Of a stretch of DNA of 59,821 nucleotides, positions 16,905-24,168 are shown piece after piece; position 1 is the stretch's first letter, and each line of letters opens with the position of its first letter. This DNA comes from Thermoanaerobaculia bacterium (lineage in GTDB: Bacteria > Acidobacteriota > Thermoanaerobaculia > Gp7-AA8). The stretch covers positions 1 to 59,821 of the forward strand of contig DASWBH010000020.1 of the NCBI GenBank assembly GCA_036390755.1. The letters run 5' to 3'. The notes under the pieces are model-generated. The model was given only the letters and a program-made list of their open reading frames with translations, was not told where the DNA came from and ran no database searches. A program made the position numbers and the translations under genes.

Positions 16905-19229
16905 TTACCAGCGATACGTTCCCGTGATATAGAACGCGCCGCCGTTGTACCCGAGGTCGTTCGGAGCGAGGAAGAATCCGCCGGGGAGGTACTGCTGTGT
17001 GCCGGTGTTGAGCAGATCCTTCAGCGTGTACTTCTCGTACCAGGCTCCGACGGTGACGTTCCAGGTCGTCGTGAGCGTGTAGGTCGCCTCGGCGAGCAGA
17101 CTGCCGAGGCGCGTGTCGTCGACGTTCGGGATCGAGAACGCGCCTTTCGTGATGCCGTTGGGATCGGCGCTGAGAGCGGCGAAACCGTGCACGCGCTGCG
17201 TTCTGCCGGTGACCCGGAAATCGAGCTTGTCGGGGATGATGCCGACCGTGAAGCCGAGTCCGACCGCATCGGCTTTGTCGCTGTTGTCGGCCGTCCAGTT
17301 GTCGCGCGGATCGGTCGAAGGCGTCGCGCCGCTCTGCCGCCCGACCTGCAGACCGTCCCAGAGCTCATGGCTGTAGAACGCGAACGTGCTCCAGCGCTGC
17401 GCCGGCGAATAGTCCGCCTCGGCGGTGAACGTCTGATTGCGCCACTTCTGCAGACCGAGGTCGGAATGGTTGTAGTTGTCGAAGTAGCGCGTGTAGTTCA
17501 ACGTGACGTCGAACGGGCCATTGAACGGATTCATGTTCAGGATGCTGATGATCCGGTTCGACTTGCGCTCGGCGACATCGAAACGGCGCAGGCCCTCCGG
17601 CAACACCGTCGGCTGCGGCTGCTGGAACGTCGCATCCTCGGCGCGCTCGACGTCGTAACCGTCGATGGAGCGATTGCCGAATTCGAAGCTGTTGCGCCAG
17701 GTGAGCCACGTCGAAGGCCGTGCGTCGAGCGCGATGTGGGCGATGTTCTCGGTCGTGCGATTCACTTCGCGGAAATTCCGGTTCATCCGCTCGTTGCGCA
17801 GTCCCCCTTCGACGGAGAACTTCGTCCCGATGTCGTAGTTCGCGAGGACCTCCGCGCGGTTGTTCTTGTAGCTGTATGGAACGGTGATGCGCGGGATCGG
17901 CTCCCAGACGGCGTCGAAACGGACGTACCCGGGGAAGTCGATGCGCGGTGAGCGGTTGTCGTTGTCGTAGAAACGGTAACGTGCCGTCAGGCTGAAATTC
18001 TTGACGGGCCGGCTCGTGAAGTTCACGAATGCTGACGTCGTGTTGATCCTGCCGTCGAAGCTGTTCACCGGCAGATGATTCGTGTCCGGCACCGTCGCGA
18101 GGATCGCGGTGTTCGTCGTGTACGGCATCAGGTCGTTGCTCGACCGAAGCTGGCCGAAGCTGAGATCCGCGGTGAGACGCGAATTCATCGGCAGCTTGTA
18201 GATGCCGCCGATCGCGGCGCTCAACCGGCTGTTATCCGGCGGCAGAGCGAGCCGGCCGGTCGCCGCGCCGCCGACCGATCCTGTTCCGGGCCCGGTGTAC
18301 GCGTTCGGGTCCGTCGAGTCGGTCACGCGGAACGGGTTGTCGAACGTGTAGCTCTCGAAGTGGTTGTTGAACTGATTGATCGAGAGCGTTCCGCGCAACA
18401 TCAGATTCGTCGCGACGGGCACTTCCATGCGCGCGCCCACTTCGCGCGTGCGGAAGTCGATGGGCTCAGGCGTTTCGACGACGTTGCCGAACCCGAACGA
18501 TGTTCCGGCGCTTCGCGTGCCGCTGCGGTTCTCCTGAAAGTAGCTGATGGTCGTGTTGACCGGTGCGTCCGGAAAGAGCTGCAGAGAGAGGAAGGCGCGG
18601 TTCCGCTGGAAGCCGAGGTCGAACACTTCGGGCGTGTTGATGAGAGGCTCGACGAGGCTTCTCAGAAGTGGAAATCCGAGCGAGCGCTGGTTGGCCGTGA
18701 CCGCGTTCTGCAGCGAAGCCTGAATGAAGTCGGAAATGCCGAGTGCGTCGCGGCCGACGACTTTCTCAGGCGACTTGGCGTTGTCGCCGAGGCGGTGCGG
18801 GATCTGGTCGTAAAGAGCATCGATCCGCAGCGTGCCGGTGTCGGTCCAGACGGAGAAGCGGCGATCGCGCGAAGTGATGTTCTCACCGGAGACGAGGAAC
18901 GGACTTCCCTTCGTGTCGCTGAAGACGCGGAAGGCCGGTCCGCTGATGCCGCTCGGCACGTCGCGGTATTCGATGAATTTCGATGAGCGGCCGGAGTCCT
19001 GATTCGCGTCCTGCAGTCCGGCGTTGATGAAGTTGCCGAAGAGATTGGGAACGTAGGCCGGCGCGGGCGGCGCGACTTCGGTCTTTTCAGAGCCCTGGCC
19101 GGCGGGAGGCTGCGTCGTTGGCGGCGGCGTCTGGGAAGTTCCGGTCGATGCAGGTTGTGAGGACGACTGCGCGAGCAGCGGCAAGGCGAGCATCAAGGCG
19201 ACGATCGTGATCGTAGTCTGTCGTTTCAT
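16905..19229 (-). CDS. mtrB: MtrB/PioB-family outer-membrane porin
   Basis: 774 aa; SSKFIEYRD, YDQIPH, EPIDF, ALPPDNS, RRFDVAER; directly downstream of the decaheme cytochrome. Confidence 0.88.
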   Translation of the reverse strand: MKRQTTITIVALMLALPLLAQSSSQPASTGTSQTPPPTTQPPAGQGSEKTEVAPPAPAYVPNLFGNFINAGLQDANQDSGRSSKFIEYRDVPSGISGPAFRVFSDTKGSPFLVSGENITSRDRRFSVWTDTGTLRIDALYDQIPHRLGDNAKSPEKVVGRDALGISDFIQASLQNAVTANQRSLGFPLLRSLVEPLINTPEVFDLGFQRNRAFLSLQLFPDAPVNTTISYFQENRSGTRSAGTSFGFGNVVETPEPIDFRTREVGARMEVPVATNLMLRGTLSINQFNNHFESYTFDNPFRVTDSTDPNAYTGPGTGSVGGAATGRLALPPDNSRLSAAIGGIYKLPMNSRLTADLSFGQLRSSNDLMPYTTNTAILATVPDTNHLPVNSFDGRINTTSAFVNFTSRPVKNFSLTARYRFYDNDNRSPRIDFPGYVRFDAVWEPIPRITVPYSYKNNRAEVLANYDIGTKFSVEGGLRNERMNRNFREVNRTTENIAHIALDARPSTWLTWRNSFEFGNRSIDGYDVERAEDATFQQPQPTVLPEGLRRFDVAERKSNRIISILNMNPFNGPFDVTLNYTRYFDNYNHSDLGLQKWRNQTFTAEADYSPAQRWSTFAFYSHELWDGLQVGRQSGATPSTDPRDNWTADNSDKADAVGLGFTVGIIPDKLDFRVTGRTQRVHGFAALSADPNGITKGAFSIPNVDDTRLGSLLAEATYTLTTTWNVTVGAWYEKYTLKDLLNTGTQQYLPGGFFLAPNDLGYNGGAFYITGTYRW

Positions 19230-19244
19230 GTTCGTCCTCCTTCC

Positions 19245-20207
19245 TCACCGCCCGAAGTACGGGCCTGACGGCGCATTCGTGCCGTGAACGTTGTTGTGGC
19301 AGTTGCGGCAGCCGTGCTCGATCGCGCGGTTGCTCGTATTCGAGCCGACTGTCGTGTTGCGCAGGTCGTACAGCGATCCGGGATGTCGCGTGCTGAGATG
19401 GCAGCGCTGGCAGAGCCACGGCAGTTTCGCCACGAGAAGGCGCTCGTGATTCGAGCCGTGCGGGGTATGGCAGTTCGTGCAGTTTTCGCGGACCGGCGAA
19501 TGCTCCCAGAGGAACGGTCCGCGCTTGTCGGTGTGGCAGGTGTAGCAAAGGTCGTTGATCGACTCGGCCTTCAACAGACCGCGCTGGGCGTTCGAATGCG
19601 GATCGTGGCAGCTCCCGCAATCGAGCTTCCCTTCGCGCACGGGATGGTGGCTCTGACGCATTCCCTGCGCGCGAACCTGCGGATGGCAGTTGTAGCAGGT
19701 CTCGGCGGCACGCGGAGTCTTGAGCTGCGCACGCTGTGACTGGAAGGCGTGAATGCTGTGGCAGGTGGTGCAGGAGAGGCCGCGCCGCTCGTGCACGCCG
19801 CCGTGGAAGTTCGCCTGGCGGCCGCGATCGTGACAGCTCATGCACTTCGCGTTGACCTGATCCGCCGCCATCGTCTTCATCGAGATGACGGGACCTCGTC
19901 CCTCGCCGGCGAGCTCCATCCGCGCGTGCGTCGCGACATCGCCGTGACACTCGGCGCAACTGCGCGCGATCTTCCTGGCGTGATACGTGTGCTGGAAATT
20001 CGTGAACAGCGTGTCCGCATGACAGGCCTGACACTCGGCGATGTCGAATCCCGGTCCGGATGCCGCGGGCGCTTCCGCTGTCGTTTTCGCACCGGGAGGA
20101 GGTGCGGGTGGTGATGCAGTCGATGTTGCAGGGGGAGTCTGCGCGCCGGCACTGAAGGTCAGGGCCACGAACGCGAGGGCAACGAACCACGGGAACGACT
20201 TGGTCAT
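19245..20207 (-). CDS. mtrA: Decaheme cytochrome c, MtrA/DmsE/PioA family
   Basis: Ten CxxCH counted (CQACH, CAECH, CMSCH, CTTCH, CYNCH, CGSCH, CYTCH, CTNCH, CQRCH, CRNCH); GPFLWEH, HGSNH, HGTN; signal peptide from MTKSFPW. Confidence 0.93.
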   Translation of the reverse strand: MTKSFPWFVALAFVALTFSAGAQTPPATSTASPPAPPPGAKTTAEAPAASGPGFDIAECQACHADTLFTNFQHTYHARKIARSCAECHGDVATHARMELAGEGRGPVISMKTMAADQVNAKCMSCHDRGRQANFHGGVHERRGLSCTTCHSIHAFQSQRAQLKTPRAAETCYNCHPQVRAQGMRQSHHPVREGKLDCGSCHDPHSNAQRGLLKAESINDLCYTCHTDKRGPFLWEHSPVRENCTNCHTPHGSNHERLLVAKLPWLCQRCHLSTRHPGSLYDLRNTTVGSNTSNRAIEHGCRNCHNNVHGTNAPSGPYFGR

Positions 20208-20314
20208 ACGCGCTCCTTTGCTCGACGAGGGACGTTCCGTTGCGGTGATATGGTAACTGGCGAAGCGAACTTGAGTCAGCAAAGACGTATAGCGTTCTTG
20301 AGAGGAGATTCGAG

Positions 20315-20845
20315 ATGAAGCGAATGTTCACAATGCTGCCGGCGCTCGTCTTCGCGCTCGCGTGCGCACACACGAAGAGCGGCCCGATGGCGATGGCGAT
20401 GCTCACGCCGATCAGCGGATCGACTGCAAAAGGAATGGTGCACTTCCAGGAGCTTGCCGACGGAAGCGTCGACGTGACCGCCGACCTGCAGCGCGTTCCG
20501 CCCGGCGTTCACGGCTTCCACGTGCACGACAAAGGTGATTGCAGCGACAACGGCAACGCCGCCGGCGGCCACTTCAACCCGATGAACATGCAGCACGCCG
20601 GACCAGACGCGCAGTCACACCACGCCGGTGATTTCGGCAACGTGACCGCCGACGCGAACGGCGAAGTTCACGCGCAGTTCAACACGCGTGCGATCACGGT
20701 GGGACCCGGACCGCTGTCGGTCGTCGGCCGCTCGATCGTGCTGCACGCGAACCCGGACGACCTGACGACGCAGCCGAGCGGAAACTCCGGACCACGGATC
20801 TCCTGCGGGATCATCACGGCGATGGCAGGTGAGATGCACCACTAG
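20315..20845 (+). CDS. sodC: Cu/Zn superoxide dismutase, lipoprotein
   Basis: HGFHVH, AGGHFNP, HAGDFGN, VLHANPDD, GPRISCG; lipobox ALA-C. Confidence 0.95.
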   Translation: MKRMFTMLPALVFALACAHTKSGPMAMAMLTPISGSTAKGMVHFQELADGSVDVTADLQRVPPGVHGFHVHDKGDCSDNGNAAGGHFNPMNMQHAGPDAQSHHAGDFGNVTADANGEVHAQFNTRAITVGPGPLSVVGRSIVLHANPDDLTTQPSGNSGPRISCGIITAMAGEMHH

Positions 20846-20850
20846 CGCGC

Positions 20851-21321
20851 ATGCGCGCCAGGTTTCTTCTTCTCGCCCTCATCGTCACAGCATGCGCCGG
20901 AGGCCGCGGCAGCGTCGGGAACACGGCGCTGCCCGGTCACGGCGCGATCACGATCGCGATCAATCCGAATCCCGTCGTCGCAACGCGCGTCAGCGGAAGC
21001 ACGTACGACTTCCCCTTCGAAGTCGTCGTGCGCGAAACGGGCGGACACCCTGTCGAGGTCACCTCTGTCTCCGCCACCGTCTTCGCCCTCGGCGGCATTC
21101 AGATCGCGTCGGAGAGCTACGACGCCGCGAGGATCGCGCAGCTCGGCTACTCGACGCATCTGCCGGCGAACGGCGAGGTGCGGTACCGCTTCAATCCGCG
21201 GCGCGACGTCACGGACGAACGGCTGTTCAGCGGCGTGTCGGCCGACGTTCGCGTCGACGGACACGACGACAGCGGCGCGCCGACGACGGCCGGCACGCGG
21301 GTGACCGTGACTCGCGGTTGA
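20851..21321 (+). CDS. Hypothetical lipoprotein, beta-rich
   Basis: Lipobox VTA-C; normal codon pattern; same strand as sodC with 5-nt gap. Confidence 0.65.
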   Translation: MRARFLLLALIVTACAGGRGSVGNTALPGHGAITIAINPNPVVATRVSGSTYDFPFEVVVRETGGHPVEVTSVSATVFALGGIQIASESYDAARIAQLGYSTHLPANGEVRYRFNPRRDVTDERLFSGVSADVRVDGHDDSGAPTTAGTRVTVTRG

Positions 21322-21329
21322 TTCTTGAT

Positions 21330-21791
21330 TTACAGCAGGCCGTAGTCGCGCATGCGGCGCCAGAGCGTGGCGCGGCTGATGCCGAGCGAGCGCGCGGCTG
21401 CGCTGCGGCGCCAGCGGTGCTCTTCGAGCGCGTGACGGATCCGCTCGAAGTCGTCGCTGTCGCCGTTCCGGCTGCCGTTCTCACGGAGCTGCACGGTGAG
21501 CGCGTATCGCACCGGCGCCTCGAAGACGCCTTCCGGCAAACGAGCGGCGGTAATGTCGACTGCGGCTGCGGAGCTGACCACTTCGCAGTGGCCGCCGCAG
21601 CGTTCGCCGGCGCGCAACTTGTCGGCGATCGGTGTCAGGTCGATGAAGTCGGACATGTGGTGCTGGTCGACGTCCGCCGTTCCGACGAGACCCCTGAATG
21701 CGGGCGACGCTTCGACAATTTGTAAATCGTCATCGAGGAGAGCGACGGCGTGGCCGAGGGACTCGAATGTTGCACTGACGGCTGAGAACAT
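21330..21791 (-). CDS. PAS-like domain plus Fis-type HTH protein, no AAA+ domain
   Basis: VALLDDDLQIVEAS PAS-like N-terminus; RIRHALEEHRWRRSAAARSLGISRATLWRRM HTH. Confidence 0.75.
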   Translation of the reverse strand: MFSAVSATFESLGHAVALLDDDLQIVEASPAFRGLVGTADVDQHHMSDFIDLTPIADKLRAGERCGGHCEVVSSAAAVDITAARLPEGVFEAPVRYALTVQLRENGSRNGDSDDFERIRHALEEHRWRRSAAARSLGISRATLWRRMRDYGLL

Positions 21792-21837
21792 AGCGCGCCT
21801 CACAGGTGCGACACTGCCGTGCAAGGTGTCGCTGGGC

Positions 21838-21853
21838 AGTGACTGCGGTCACC
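21838..21853. promoter_or_regulatory. CRP-like box AGTGA-CTGCGG-TCACC
   Basis: 8/10 match with GTGA-N6-TCAC core intact; upstream of the PAS-Fis gene. Confidence 0.45.
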
Positions 21854-21862
21854 CGTCGACGT

Positions 21863-22546
21863 TCACGCCGCCAGAATCCTGCGAAGCCCGGCTGGGTCCG
21901 GGATGCGAAATCCACTCTTTTCGGTGAGTACGATCGCGTCTTTCTGCCACCGGCTCATGAGGCGGATCGCGGTCTCCAGCGTGGTTCCGATCAGGTCCGC
22001 GATCTCCTGCCTCGAGAGCGGGAGCGGGATGATGACCTCGCTCCCCTTGGACAATCCGACGCGATCGGCGAGCGTCATGAACAGCCGCGCCGCGCGCTGC
22101 TCGGCCGATCCGGTCATGTCGGCGAGGCGCTTGTTCACCATCATCAAGCGGTAGGTCAGGCCCGCGAGCAGGGGCCGCATCATCTCCGGCCGGCGCTCCA
22201 GAAGCGCAAAGAACTCGCGCTCCGGGATCGAGACGATGCTGCTCGGCTCGAGCGTGATCGCGCTCGCCGGGAACGGGCGCTGCTCGAAAACGGCCACCGC
22301 GCCGACCGGCTCGCCGGGTCCCAGGAGCTCGATGATGACGTCGCGGTCGCCGGCGGACTTCACGACTTTGACGCGGCCGAGGTAAACGAAATAGATCCGG
22401 TCGGCCGGCTCGCCTTCGCGAAAGATTGCGTCGCCTTTGTCGTAGCCGTGGATCCGGCACAGCGGCGCGACGGCGTCGCGATCACTCTTCCGTAGCGACG
22501 CAAGCAGCGGAATCGAGTCGAACGGAATCGTCGCTTCGATCGCCAT
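21863..22546 (-). CDS. Crp/Fnr-family regulator (DNR/NnrR-like)
   Basis: cNMP-like domain (IFREGEPA...GRVKV...GEPVG); HTH LSRQEIADLIGTTLETAIRLMS. Confidence 0.9.
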   Translation of the reverse strand: MAIEATIPFDSIPLLASLRKSDRDAVAPLCRIHGYDKGDAIFREGEPADRIYFVYLGRVKVVKSAGDRDVIIELLGPGEPVGAVAVFEQRPFPASAITLEPSSIVSIPEREFFALLERRPEMMRPLLAGLTYRLMMVNKRLADMTGSAEQRAARLFMTLADRVGLSKGSEVIIPLPLSRQEIADLIGTTLETAIRLMSRWQKDAIVLTEKSGFRIPDPAGLRRILAA

Positions 22547-22562
22547 CCAGGTGACAGATCCT

Positions 22563-22576
22563 ATGACAAAAGTCAT
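22563..22576. promoter_or_regulatory. FNR/DNR-like palindrome ATGAC-AAAA-GTCAT between the divergent regulator and ric
   Basis: Perfect 5-4-5 palindrome in the 79-nt intergenic region. Confidence 0.65.
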
Positions 22577-22625
22577 GTTCGCGCCGGTGCCCGCTCCGCA
22601 GAATGAATCTCGGAGGAACACAGCA

Positions 22626-23393
22626 ATGGAAGCGAACGTGAAGAACACGACGGTCGGAAAGCTCGCTCTCGATCAGCCGACGGCGATTGCAGTTTTCGAG
22701 AAGTGGCATATCGATTACTGCTGCCGCGGCAACCGCACCCTGGCGCAGGCTTGCGACGAGGCGGGCATCGCGATCGACGAGGTCGTCGCCGCGATCGGAC
22801 CGTCGCGCACGAACGCCCCAACTTCGGAGCTGCGGCGAAAGAACCTCACCGAGCTGCAGAAGTACATCGTCGCGACGCATCACCTCTTCACGCGCGAGGC
22901 ACTCGAGACGGTCGGCATGCTCTCCGAGAAAGTCGCCACGCGTCACGGCGCAAACCACGCCGAGACGACGGAAGTGCGCACGATCGTGGCGCAGCTCGTG
23001 GCGGATCTCCTCCCGCACATGCTGAAGGAAGAGCAGGTCATCTTCCCCTACGTCGAAGCGCTCGAAAAAGCATCGCGGAACGGCCAGTCCGCGCCGGTAC
23101 CATTCTTCGGGACGGTGAAGAATCCGATTCGCATGATGATGATGGAGCACGACGCGGTCGGCGTTCTTCTCGCCGATCTGCGCGTCGTAACGTCCAACTA
23201 CACGCTTCCCTCCGATGCGTGCCTCAGCTTCCGCGCGCTGTACGAGCGGCTGGCCGAGCTCGAAGAAGACCTGCACCGGCACATTCACCTCGAGAACAAC
23301 CTCCTTTTCCCGCGCGCCGCGGAGCTGGAGGAAACAGCCGGGTCGTCTCCCGCTTTCGAGGTCAAAGGTGAGCACTGCTCCTGCACAGGATAG
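22626..23393 (+). CDS. ric: Iron-sulfur cluster repair di-iron protein (Ric/YtfE/ScdA)
   Basis: IDYCCRG, HHLFTRE, HMLKEEQVIFP, PIRMMMMEHD, HIHLENNLLFP. Confidence 0.95.
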   Translation: MEANVKNTTVGKLALDQPTAIAVFEKWHIDYCCRGNRTLAQACDEAGIAIDEVVAAIGPSRTNAPTSELRRKNLTELQKYIVATHHLFTREALETVGMLSEKVATRHGANHAETTEVRTIVAQLVADLLPHMLKEEQVIFPYVEALEKASRNGQSAPVPFFGTVKNPIRMMMMEHDAVGVLLADLRVVTSNYTLPSDACLSFRALYERLAELEEDLHRHIHLENNLLFPRAAELEETAGSSPAFEVKGEHCSCTG

Positions 23394-24168
23394 GATCGTC
23401 GCGGCGCCGCGGCCGGCACTCCGGCCGCTGGCGCTGCCGAACGAGCACGGCGGCTGGGGTTTTCTGCTCGAGCCGCTCCTGCTGGGACTCCTGGTCGCGC
23501 CGTCGATCGGCGGTGCGTTCATCGGCATCGCGGCCCTCTTCGGATTCCTCACACGCCAGCCGCTGAAGTACGCGCTTCAGGACGCGTTGCGCGGCAAGTC
23601 GTATGCGCGGACGCCGTGGTGCTGGATGTTCGCGGCGACATACGCGACCGTTGCCGCCGCGGCGTTTGCGGGTGCGATCCTCGTCAGCCGGATCGCGTTC
23701 GTGATTCCGTTCGGCCTCGTCGCGCCGCTCGCTGTCACGGTTGTTCTCTATGACGCGTACAACCGCAGCCGCTCGCTCTTTCCCGAGCTCATCGGCGCCG
23801 CGGCGATGTCGTCGACTGCCACGGCGATCGCAATCGCCGGCGGAATGCGGATGCTCCCGGCGTTCGCGCTATCCGGCATCATCCTCGCGCGTTCTCTTCC
23901 GTCGATCCTGTACGTTCGCACGCTGCTGCGCCGCGCACACCGACAGACCGCCGCGTCATGGCCGGCGCTCGTCGCCCAGGTCGCCGCGGCGATCGCCGTC
24001 GCTGCATTCGCGCCGCTGCTGGCTGTCGTGGCGATGGTGATTCTCATCGCGCGCGCGGCGTGGGGTCTCGCGCACGAGCCGCCGCGCGCGAAAACGATCG
24101 GCTGGTCGGAAGTCGCGATCGGAACGATCACGATCGTACTCGCCGCCGCCGGCTATCGATTCTTCTAG
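23368..24168 (+). CDS. YwiC-like membrane protein
   Basis: LPNEHGGWG motif, multiple TM helices, KTIGWSE; GTG start overlapping the ric 3' end. Confidence 0.8.
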   Translation: MSTAPAQDRIVAAPRPALRPLALPNEHGGWGFLLEPLLLGLLVAPSIGGAFIGIAALFGFLTRQPLKYALQDALRGKSYARTPWCWMFAATYATVAAAAFAGAILVSRIAFVIPFGLVAPLAVTVVLYDAYNRSRSLFPELIGAAAMSSTATAIAIAGGMRMLPAFALSGIILARSLPSILYVRTLLRRAHRQTAASWPALVAQVAAAIAVAAFAPLLAVVAMVILIARAAWGLAHEPPRAKTIGWSEVAIGTITIVLAAAGYRFF

